Part shown: positions 26,083 through 34,928 of the stretch, piece after piece
How the letters are laid out: each line of letters begins with the position of its first letter
Numbering within the stretch: position 1 is the stretch's first letter
The notes under the pieces: generated by a model
What the model saw: only the letters and a program-made list of their open reading frames with translations
Database searches by the model: none
What the model was told of the DNA's origin: nothing
Origin: an uncultured Gammaproteobacteria bacterium
Lineage (GTDB): Bacteria; Patescibacteriota; Patescibacteriia; Magasanikbacterales; GWA2-37-8
NCBI GenBank assembly: GCA_964465205.1
Contig: CAYXJO010000005.1
Location: 4,552-68,551 of the forward strand
Length of the DNA stretch: 64,000 bases
Reading direction: 5' to 3'
Program-made: the position numbers and the translations under genes

Positions 26083-27705
26083 TTAATTTCGAGTATCGGT
26101 TTCTACCTCGACCGGTACCTGTGTAGTACGTAACCAGCGTTTTTTGAATGATTGTACGAAAGTAAATAGTTCATCTGATTTCAGGGCATAGCATATCAGA
26201 CAATACACTATAAGTCCAGATATGCCTGCGATCGCCCCTTGTCCAAATATGCCCCAAAAGTAATCTAAATCAAATGCTTGGGCGAGTGGATATTTGAGTA
26301 GTTGTATAGTGATCGCCATTGCCAGAGCTGCCAAAGAGATTCTCCAAAGAGAAGCTAGTAGTTTGGACTCGTTTAGAGTTTTGATGCGTTCACGCAATGC
26401 GATAGCCAATAGGATTAAATTGGTAATTGCTCCGATAGAGGCGGCAAGTGCGAGACCGGAAACGCCTATTTTTTTCATCAATATTAAAGAAAAAATAATA
26501 TTGATAAGTGCCGCCACTACACCTATTACAAAGGGGGTCTTGGTGTTTTCTAGAGCATAAAATCCACGCGTAAAAATGGGATTTAGTGCCTGAGCGAACA
26601 AACCGAGCGAAAAAAAGGCCAATGCATCGGCAGTGTTGATAGTTGCGGTCCAATCAAAAGCACCCGAACCTAAAATTACACGTACGATCTGTGCTCGGAG
26701 CAACATAAAAATTACTGTTAGGGGTATGATTAGGAATAGCACTTGCCGCACTGTGTGCATTAAACTATTAATGAATCCTGGCAGGTCGTTTTCGGTATGT
26801 TTTTGAGATAGTATGGGAAATACTGCCAATGCAAATGGTATTCCGATTATACCAATTGGTACCCATTGTAAATTATCTGCATAGTTGTATGCCGCGATTG
26901 CTCCTGCCGGCAAAAGCGATGCCAGTATGGTAGTAATGATATTATTTAAATTGGATACAGCCAGACCAAGAGTGCGTGGAATCATGAGCTTACCAATAGT
27001 CCAAGTGTTTTTGTCTTTCCAATTAAGTATCGGTCGCCATTGCCAGCCAGCATTCCAGGCTCCGAAAAATTGAATCAGACAATGCATGGACGCCCCCAAC
27101 ACCACACCAATCGGCAAACCGATTATGCCAAACGTTTGAATTAGTACGGTGGCCCCAATAATAATTCCAATATTGTAAAAAATTGGTGCCAGCGAATAAA
27201 GTACAAAACGTCTGAGTGATTGCAGTATGCCCCCCACGACCATAGATATTCCTAAAAATATTGGCGATACAAACATGATACGTATGAATACTGCCACAGT
27301 CGTGCGGTTATAGTTGTCCATGCCCGGGGCGATTATTTTGGATAGGGGGTGGGCGAATATTATTCCGCCCAGTGCCAGAATTACCAAAGATAATCCGATA
27401 ATATTAATTACGTTGTTGGCCAGATCCCATGCCGGCTTTTTGTCGGCGCTCGTTTGAAAGAGTTTGGTGAATACCGGTATGAATCCGGCGGTGAGGGCAC
27501 CAACCACGAGTAAATTATAAATCAAGTCGGGGATTTTGAATGCCGCATAGTAGGCGTCCATGGTTGGGCCGGCTCCAAATTGATGTGCCAAAATACGATC
27601 GCGCGCCAAACCAACGAATTTATTAATCAAAGAAGCCGCCGCAATGATAATGGCGGCCCCGGTCACACTACTAGAAGCATGATTAAAAAATTTAGGTAAC
27701 ATCAT
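26083..27705 (-). CDS. murJ: Lipid II flippase
   Basis: GLARDRILA, DAYYAAFKIPD, RGFYALENTKTP. Confidence 0.93.
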   Translation of the reverse strand: MMLPKFFNHASSSVTGAAIIIAAASLINKFVGLARDRILAHQFGAGPTMDAYYAAFKIPDLIYNLLVVGALTAGFIPVFTKLFQTSADKKPAWDLANNVINIIGLSLVILALGGIIFAHPLSKIIAPGMDNYNRTTVAVFIRIMFVSPIFLGISMVVGGILQSLRRFVLYSLAPIFYNIGIIIGATVLIQTFGIIGLPIGVVLGASMHCLIQFFGAWNAGWQWRPILNWKDKNTWTIGKLMIPRTLGLAVSNLNNIITTILASLLPAGAIAAYNYADNLQWVPIGIIGIPFALAVFPILSQKHTENDLPGFINSLMHTVRQVLFLIIPLTVIFMLLRAQIVRVILGSGAFDWTATINTADALAFFSLGLFAQALNPIFTRGFYALENTKTPFVIGVVAALINIIFSLILMKKIGVSGLALAASIGAITNLILLAIALRERIKTLNESKLLASLWRISLAALAMAITIQLLKYPLAQAFDLDYFWGIFGQGAIAGISGLIVYCLICYALKSDELFTFVQSFKKRWLRTTQVPVEVETDTRN

Positions 27706-27725
27706 AGTCGATACCAGCAAAGCTG

Positions 27726-28424
27726 TTATTTGGTGGAGCTAGCGAAAGACGTGGTTGGAGAAAAGTAATTATTGACTGTCAGCAGTACGTATTGTGATCG
27801 ACTTTTATTTTCTGGAGTCCAGGCGGCATATACCGATCCAGATATGCCATCAGCGCGCGACCAGTTGATTTGTCGAAAGGTTTTACCTTCACTCTCGGTA
27901 TCGATAGAGAATTTCTTTTTATCCAATTCTTTTTTGTAATAAGAAATTAAAAAAGCCGGTGATGTGTCCAAATCACGCCATTCTACTTGTACAGTATCAT
28001 GTTGATTAGCCAATGGAGTGCTGACAACTCGCCAGATATTTTTGAGTGATGCGGAATTTTGGCTTTGATCAGTATTTGGTTCTGCTTGTGGGGCGAGACG
28101 AGCGATCAGAGGAGAGAGAATTATTTTTGGAAAAAAAGCCGCTATTTCCACGCCGCGATTTTTATAGCGGCCGGAAATATAAGTAATAGTCTCAATATTT
28201 TCGCGGTCATAAATTGGCACGTCGGCGGGAAAGTTGTCCGGTAATTTTTTCAGAGTTTTAGGTCCAGGGCCGAGAGAAAATTTTAATGCCACTATGCCTA
28301 TTATGATCAAAATGATAATAATCAGGCAGCTAGTTAGACAAGTTTTCAAAAAACCGTGACGTTTTTTGGAGAGTTCCTCAATCGGGGGTTCGACGATTTC
28401 GATGTTGTCAATATTTTTGGGCAT
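27726..28424 (-). CDS. Hypothetical bitopic membrane protein
   Basis: One N-terminal TM, LPDNFPADVPIY. Confidence 0.7.
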   Translation of the reverse strand: MPKNIDNIEIVEPPIEELSKKRHGFLKTCLTSCLIIIILIIIGIVALKFSLGPGPKTLKKLPDNFPADVPIYDRENIETITYISGRYKNRGVEIAAFFPKIILSPLIARLAPQAEPNTDQSQNSASLKNIWRVVSTPLANQHDTVQVEWRDLDTSPAFLISYYKKELDKKKFSIDTESEGKTFRQINWSRADGISGSVYAAWTPENKSRSQYVLLTVNNYFSPTTSFASSTK

Positions 28425-28622
28425 AAGTAGGTGAAAATTGTTAGCTTCAAAATATAAAAACCGGCAATAAATGTCTGGGGTTATTCTAACAAATTTTGGC
28501 TAATTTGTACAGAATGATTTTTTTGTTTTATATCTTGACAAGAATAATAAAAAATAGTAGATTGCGAGTAGTTATTTGAACAATTTTTTAACACAATTTA
28601 GGAAACAGAACAGGAGATCGAA

Positions 28623-29261
28623 ATGAAAAAGTATTTAATCTTCGGTATGTTGTTGGTTGTGCTACTGGGTTGGTTCGAAGAGGCATCTGCTCTTAATGAC
28701 GAAACTGCTTTAGCCGATAACTTTCCGATTTATGCGGAGGGTTGTCAGCAAATAGCATCCAATGATCCCTGTAGTATTTTTTCGCCAATTATTCGAATAT
28801 CGGATATGGATCGCGCCATAGATAGATGGCGCCATTGGCAATTGTTGGAGTTGTTGATATTCGATGGTTGGTGGAGCGAGTCTGCTTGGGAGGAAACGCC
28901 CCGCGAAGCTTCCGTAAATTATAGCATCTCCTCCGCTAGTTTTAGAATTCAAGATCTGGTTGCGGAATGTGGGACAATGTGTCTTATTTGCGATGAGGAG
29001 ATCGCGGCCTCGGCGCGTGTGGCATGGAGATATCACACTCCAAACCACGGTATAATACAAGACATGTACCAACTATGGTTAAAACAACGTGAGATGGAAA
29101 GTTTCTGTGAGTTTTTGCAAGGGCTTGAAGCTCATACTGGTAGTAGCATCCGGTATATGGGGCAAGTGTGTGATTCAGCTACGTTATTAAAAGTGGAATT
29201 AGCGCATTTGAGAGTTGTGGTCATGTATCCATATGTATGCCCATACTCCTGCTCAGATTGA
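28623..29261 (+). CDS. Orphan secreted Cys-rich protein
   Basis: Signal peptide, SD AGGAG, TTGACA-17-TAGATT promoter. Confidence 0.65.
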   Translation: MKKYLIFGMLLVVLLGWFEEASALNDETALADNFPIYAEGCQQIASNDPCSIFSPIIRISDMDRAIDRWRHWQLLELLIFDGWWSESAWEETPREASVNYSISSASFRIQDLVAECGTMCLICDEEIAASARVAWRYHTPNHGIIQDMYQLWLKQREMESFCEFLQGLEAHTGSSIRYMGQVCDSATLLKVELAHLRVVVMYPYVCPYSCSD

Positions 29262-29372
29262 ATATGGAGTAAAGCGGTATTGATATGCCGGTGTGCGTTT
29301 TTCGCCCCGGCTTTTTTAATTGCCTTTTTTTCTTTATAATGCTAAAATATCACCACTAGCTGTAAATTTTTT

Positions 29373-30761
29373 ATGCAAATCACATTTTACGGCGCGGCGC
29401 GCGAAGTTACCGGCTCATGTAATCTACTCGAAGTGGGTGGTGGCCTGTTCGGCAGCAAGCCCAAAACCAAAATTCTCATTGACTGCGGCATGTTTCAGGG
29501 CAGTGATTTTAACGAGGGCAAAAATAGTGACCCCTTGCCTTTTGACCCCCAAACTCTAAACGCAGTAATTGTTACTCATGCACATCTCGACCATGTCGGT
29601 CGGTTGCCATTACTTATTAAGGGTGGGTATTCCGGTCATTTTTATGCTACCCCGGCTACAATAGAACTCGCACAGCTTATTATGGAAGACGCGCTGTCAA
29701 TCATGGAATATAACAATCGTAAATTCGGTTCGCCCATACTATACGATACCACCGATATTGCCGGTGTGATGCAGGGGTTCAAACCATTGGATTATTACCA
29801 GGATTTTGAATTACCGGGTTTGTCGGATAAAGTAAAAATAAAATTTTACGAAGCCGGTCATATTTTTGGCAGTGTGTTTGTGGAAATTCAGGCCGATGGC
29901 AAAAAAGTGGTTTTTTCCGGCGACATCGGCAACGTCGATGTGCCGATCTTGCGCGATACGGATGTTTTGCCTTCAAATGTTGACGCGGTAGTTTGCGAGA
30001 GTACATATGGCGATCGTAATCACGAACCATTATCTACTCGCCAAAAGTTGTTGGAGGATATGATTGCACAAGCGATTGGTCGAGGTGGGGTGCTGATGAT
30101 CCCGTCATTTTCTTTGGAACGTACTCAAGAATTGCTTTATGATCTAAATGATTTAACTGATCACCAAGGCCGTTTGCCGCGTGTGCCGATTTATCTAGAT
30201 AGTCCGCTCGCTATCAATGCTACCAAAGTTTACCGTAAATATACTCAATATTACGATGAGGGCGCGCGTGACTGGCTCATATCCGGCGACGATTTGTTTC
30301 AGTTTCGTGGACTAACCATGTGTGAAACACGCGAAGAATCCAAGAAAATAAATGCCACTCCGGGACCAAAAATTATTATTGCCGGCGCTGGTATGATGAA
30401 CGGTGGGCGTATTTTACATCACGCCATGCGTTATTTATCCGACGATAAAAACACTTTGTTGATAATTGGCTATCAAGCATATGGTACATTGGGTAGGCAG
30501 ATATTAGATAAAAAATCACCAGTAATTATTATGGGTGAAAAGGTGCCCGTGCACTGTGCTATAAAATCTATTGGTGCTTTTAGTGCGCATGGCGATCAAG
30601 ACAAAATCATGGATTGGATTGGCGGGGGAGACACTGTGCCAAAAAAAGTATTTTTGAACCACGGTGAACCGCCCGCTAGTGAAGCGTTGGCCAAAAGACT
30701 ATCTGAAGAATTAAATATTAAAACAACGGTAGTGAATCCGGGGCTTACGGTAAAAATATAA
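29373..30761 (+). CDS. MBL-fold beta-CASP ribonuclease
   Basis: THAHLDHVG, AGHIFGS, ESTYG, FSAHGD, NHGE. Confidence 0.92.
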   Translation: MQITFYGAAREVTGSCNLLEVGGGLFGSKPKTKILIDCGMFQGSDFNEGKNSDPLPFDPQTLNAVIVTHAHLDHVGRLPLLIKGGYSGHFYATPATIELAQLIMEDALSIMEYNNRKFGSPILYDTTDIAGVMQGFKPLDYYQDFELPGLSDKVKIKFYEAGHIFGSVFVEIQADGKKVVFSGDIGNVDVPILRDTDVLPSNVDAVVCESTYGDRNHEPLSTRQKLLEDMIAQAIGRGGVLMIPSFSLERTQELLYDLNDLTDHQGRLPRVPIYLDSPLAINATKVYRKYTQYYDEGARDWLISGDDLFQFRGLTMCETREESKKINATPGPKIIIAGAGMMNGGRILHHAMRYLSDDKNTLLIIGYQAYGTLGRQILDKKSPVIIMGEKVPVHCAIKSIGAFSAHGDQDKIMDWIGGGDTVPKKVFLNHGEPPASEALAKRLSEELNIKTTVVNPGLTVKI

Positions 30762-30882
30762 ATTGTTGAATTAAAAAGTCGAGGTTAAATACCTTGACTT
30801 TTTTGTATAAAAGTAATAATATAGAATGTCCGATTGAACAGAAGTCGAATGCGAAACCACCCATGAATACAAGGAGGATGGA

Positions 30883-31362
30883 ATGAAAAAAGTTCTTTGG
30901 ATACTAATGGCAACGACCATGATCGTGTGGTTGTTTGCGGGTTGTGGTGATGCTGGTCCTGACAAAGACCCGGATGTTATAATCCCGGTTGGTGACGGCG
31001 ATGCCGATGTCACCGAGGCTGACTCCGGAAAGCAGACGGCTGACATCAGTCTGTGTGGAGTCGTCGTCACGTTCACCCTGCGCTACGGCGAAGGTGTGCA
31101 AATCGCCTTCGACAATCAGAACGATACGACCGTTATCGTTCGAGTTGGCAATGATACCACCGGCGCTTTGGTGGTGCAAGATTGCCTGTGGGCGGGCAAG
31201 CAATCGCAGCAGGAAGCGGCATTTGCTGCCGGCGACACCTTAGTCGTCGAAGTACGGCAGGGCCAAGGCCAATTTTGGCACTGGCTGTGTGCCGAGTTCA
31301 CCGACGAGGTACTAAATAACTTTCCGGTCTGTGACACCCTGGTGGTGCAGATCGGTTCATAG
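30883..31362 (+). CDS. Orphan lipoprotein
   Basis: Lipobox FAGC, SD AAGGAGG, terminator 31388-31414. Confidence 0.7.
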   Translation: MKKVLWILMATTMIVWLFAGCGDAGPDKDPDVIIPVGDGDADVTEADSGKQTADISLCGVVVTFTLRYGEGVQIAFDNQNDTTVIVRVGNDTTGALVVQDCLWAGKQSQQEAAFAAGDTLVVEVRQGQGQFWHWLCAEFTDEVLNNFPVCDTLVVQIGS

Positions 31363-31981
31363 CTTAGAGTCGGATGATAGAATCAATGGGTGGGCCACAG
31401 GTCCACCCTTTTTTGTTTGAAAATAAAAGTGGTGCAAGAGGGGTCGCTCTTGCACCGGTGCTTTGATTGCTCCGCCAGACCCCCGAGTAGGAATTCGGCC
31501 TGGGTCCTCCAGATTGCGATAGTTGAGTTCGCTCAACTTTGGACGAGATCGCTTCTACTCCGACGAGCCGTTAGTATCGGATAATAAGCGATCAAGACCA
31601 CATTCTTCCGGATCCCATTCGTGATTCGACTGCTATCCCCAGCCGAGCCAACGCCCCGGTAGATTGCAGCTACACAGAGCGCCCGGGAAAAATCCTTAGG
31701 CCATTCGCGACCATGGTTGGCGGTGGTCTTCCACAGAAAGGATGTTCGTGCGTTAGGGACGATGGCCACCATTCTTTTGCCAGAGCCATCTTTGCGGAGA
31801 CGGACTTGTCTGGGTGCTGTGTCCCATCTCGGTATTCGTAGTGGGCGATGTCTCGCTACACTCCCTAAAAAGGGCTTCAATCAAAGCTATGGTTTATTAT
31901 CACAGATATGGATTACTGTCAATATAAGCCGTTTTTTATTGGTTTTTCCTGTGGATAACTATGGTCAAAATGTGTTGACGA

Positions 31982-32027
31982 GTGTGGTGTGGTGGTGTAA
32001 AATGGATATAGGTGGGGAAAAGTGGTG
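31982..32027 (+). promoter_or_regulatory. MraZ-box-like GTGG direct repeats
   Basis: GTGTGG, GTGGTG, GTGGGG, GTGGTG repeats upstream of mraZ. Confidence 0.65.
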
Positions 32028-32044
32028 AATATTCAAAACAGCAT

Positions 32045-32476
32045 ATGTTTATTGGTGAATATCAGCACAACTTAGATGATAAAGGACGTTTGGCTATACC
32101 AGCCAAATTTCGACGTGATTTACAAAAAGGAGCAGTGGTCACTCGCGGCCTCGACAACTGTTTATTTTTGTATACCAAAACCGAATGGGCTAAACTCGCC
32201 GAGAAGCTCGCGGCCTTGCCATTTTCACAATCTAATTCACGCGCCTTTTCTCGTCTGATGTTGGCGGGTGCTATGGACGTAGAAGTAGACAAGCAGGGTC
32301 GGGTAGTGTTGCCGGAATATTTACGAAACTTTGCTGGATTAAAAAAGAACGCAATCATTGCTGGTTTATATAGTCGTATCGAAATTTGGGATGAAACCAA
32401 ATGGAATGAATACAAAGGTCAGACCGAAGCGCAGAGCAATGAGATTGCCGAACGCATGGCTGAATTGGGTGTCTAA
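32045..32476 (+). CDS. mraZ: Transcriptional regulator MraZ
   Basis: MFIGEYQHNLDDKGRL, DKQGRV. Confidence 0.96.
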   Translation: MFIGEYQHNLDDKGRLAIPAKFRRDLQKGAVVTRGLDNCLFLYTKTEWAKLAEKLAALPFSQSNSRAFSRLMLAGAMDVEVDKQGRVVLPEYLRNFAGLKKNAIIAGLYSRIEIWDETKWNEYKGQTEAQSNEIAERMAELGV

Positions 32477-32487
32477 GCTCATTTGAT

Positions 32488-33396
32488 ATGCGACATATCC
32501 CAGTACTACCCAAAGAAGTGATAGAAGGGTTGAATTTAAAATCTAGTGATCGGGTGGTGGATTGCACTTTGGGAGATGCTGGACACAGTGAAGAAATTTT
32601 GAAAATTATTGGACCAAAAGGCAGGTTGCTTGGCATCGACGCGGACCCAGAAGCGGTGTTGCGTGCCAAACAATATCTATATGATTTTGGAGAACAGGTG
32701 GTATATGTACGTGATAATTTTAACAATTTAAAAAATATTTTAGATGAGAATAAATTCGGTTTGGTAAATGCAATTTTGGCAGATTTGGGCTGGAGTACGC
32801 CGCAATTTGGAGAGCGGGGGAGAGGATTCAGTTTTGAATCTGACGAACCTTTGGACATGCGCTATGGCGGCGCTTTGGCGCAGGGGCCAACCGCTGCCGA
32901 GGTAGTAAATAAATATTCTGTCGAAGAACTTTCTAAAATATTCAAAGATTACGGTGAAGAAAAATGGGCAAGAGAAATTGCCGAGGCGATAGTAAACGAA
33001 CGCGTCGTGCGACCTATTGAACGCACTGCGCATCTCACAGAAATTGTTCTACAAGTCTATCGTGAGAAATTGCACAGTGACAAAGAAATTCCTTGGATTG
33101 GCGGTATTCATCCGGCGACCAAAATATTCCAAGCTTTGCGCATTGCAGTAAATCATGAGTTGGAAGTAGTGAAAGAGTTGTTGCCTCAAGCGGTCGAGGC
33201 GCTCTCGAGCGGTGGGCGACTCGCGGTCATCACCTTTCATTCACTCGAAGATAGAATCGTAAAACAATATTTTCAAAAAATAAACAACAAATCAGCGCGA
33301 ATGATAAATAAAAAACCAATTATCGCGACTGAAACAGAATTAAAAAATAATCCACGCGCTCGTAGCGCCAAACTAAGAATAATTGAAAAGATTTAA
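32488..33396 (+). CDS. rsmH: 16S rRNA m4C1402 methyltransferase
   Basis: HIPVL, DCTLG, PLDMR, FHSLEDRIVK. Confidence 0.96.
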   Translation: MRHIPVLPKEVIEGLNLKSSDRVVDCTLGDAGHSEEILKIIGPKGRLLGIDADPEAVLRAKQYLYDFGEQVVYVRDNFNNLKNILDENKFGLVNAILADLGWSTPQFGERGRGFSFESDEPLDMRYGGALAQGPTAAEVVNKYSVEELSKIFKDYGEEKWAREIAEAIVNERVVRPIERTAHLTEIVLQVYREKLHSDKEIPWIGGIHPATKIFQALRIAVNHELEVVKELLPQAVEALSSGGRLAVITFHSLEDRIVKQYFQKINNKSARMINKKPIIATETELKNNPRARSAKLRIIEKI

Positions 33397-33397
33397 T

Positions 33398-33757
33398 ATG
33401 TCATTCAAACGTCGTCTCGAATCTCAAATTTATAATTTTCGTTATGCGTTGGCTACCATCCGTTTACCGGATTGGATGACCAACGTCCAGGTGCGAGTGG
33501 TTTTGACTGTGTTCTTTGTGTTTTTTACTACCGCATATATTATAAAAATGAGTTCAACGGCGGTGAGTGGCTATGACCTCCATAATTACGAAACTCAGGT
33601 TGCCGGTTTGCGCAGTGATATCCAGAAATTACAGACCGAGGTGGCAACCTATAACTCCATTAGTAATATTTCCAAACGCGCCCAAGAAACTAACATGGTA
33701 GTAGTGGGCGAAATCAAACACTTAACGCCGTCCGGCATAGCTGTGGCGGTACGCTAA
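33398..33757 (+). CDS. FtsL-like protein
   Basis: TM plus coiled coil directly after rsmH. Confidence 0.55.
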   Translation: MSFKRRLESQIYNFRYALATIRLPDWMTNVQVRVVLTVFFVFFTTAYIIKMSSTAVSGYDLHNYETQVAGLRSDIQKLQTEVATYNSISNISKRAQETNMVVVGEIKHLTPSGIAVAVR

Positions 33758-33950
33758 GAACATAAAAGCCAAAATGCTTGTCTGGCTTTTAAAAGCGGAC
33801 CTGGTGCATCGCATTGGATCCGCTTTTTTATTGTATTGACAAGTTGGTTTTTTTATATTACAATAATAAACTGTTTTGGAATTATATTAAATTTTTGTTC
33901 TTTAGTGCGGTGGAGTCCTTGGCGGGGTTTTGCATTTGAAGGAGGGTCGC

Positions 33951-34343
33951 ATGAAAAAGAAATCATTCAGCACCTGGGCCAACATGGTCGCTTACGTTCT
34001 GGCCGAATTGGGCCAGAATAAGTTGGGTAGAAAAATGAAAGGGCTTGCTGGAAGGCAAGTCCCTAAAAATGGCTATCTAGTGCTGGAAGAAATTGCGTAC
34101 AGAGAGGCAGTTCACTTCCAACATCTATTAGGGAATGTATCGGCCACCTCTTTCATCAAAGGTTGGTTGGTCCATATGTTCTATAAGAGACGTGGGACGC
34201 TACGCAAGGCGGTGCCAAAGCTGGTGATCATCCAAACCGCGGCCGTCCCACGGCCGGTTCTGACCGTAGCTCGGTATGCACCGGCTACGAACAGTTGGGT
34301 CAAAGATGAAACCGTCGCACAGGACAGTAGTAGTTATTTTTAG
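33951..34343 (+). CDS. Orphan basic protein; an in-frame acidic ORF continues at 34344-34484
   Basis: SD AAGGAGG, promoter TTGACA-17-TACAAT, terminator at about 34499-34523. Confidence 0.6.
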   Translation: MKKKSFSTWANMVAYVLAELGQNKLGRKMKGLAGRQVPKNGYLVLEEIAYREAVHFQHLLGNVSATSFIKGWLVHMFYKRRGTLRKAVPKLVIIQTAAVPRPVLTVARYAPATNSWVKDETVAQDSSSYF

Positions 34344-34557
34344 ATGTTGGCGCAAGAAGGGGTCTCGGATCCCGAGGAAGATGGTGATTTGGCAGAGCCA
34401 GCACTCCAAGAAGAAGACGACGATGATCTCGGCTTGTGGGAGGAAACCCACCACTTGGTCGGACCACCTCGTGGTCGCAGGTAAGTTTATTTTAGGGTAG
34501 GGGCCATCTCGGCCCCTCTTTTTTATTTTCCCTAAAAATATGGTATACTATTCACAT

Positions 34558-34917
34558 ATGTGGCTCTTGGTTTTACAGCGTTTATTTTTAGAAGCGGTTT
34601 TGGATGCTATCTATTTCCCGCTGTGGTGGTACACTGGCGGCACACTTCACGCCTTACAGTGGTGTTTTGGTTTGTTCCGTGCTGGCAATGACACGCTCGC
34701 GCCCGGATTGTGGCTTGCCAATATTTTTACACCAATGTACGGCCAATTCGACTGGCAAGGTCGTCTTATTTCTTTCTTCATGCGCGCGATTCAGGTATTT
34801 TTTCGTGGCATAGCGCTCGTTGGGTGGATGGTTTTTTGTGTAATATTATTTTGTTTTTGGTTAATATTTCCAGTTTTAATTATTGCCGGTTTGATCAAAG
34901 CGTTTACTTTGCGTTAA
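34558..34917 (+). CDS. Small membrane protein upstream of the Clp ATPase
   Basis: YFPLWWY, NIFTPMYGQFDWQGRLISFFMR. Confidence 0.75.
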   Translation: MWLLVLQRLFLEAVLDAIYFPLWWYTGGTLHALQWCFGLFRAGNDTLAPGLWLANIFTPMYGQFDWQGRLISFFMRAIQVFFRGIALVGWMVFCVILFCFWLIFPVLIIAGLIKAFTLR

Positions 34918-34928
34918 AGGCATAAATT

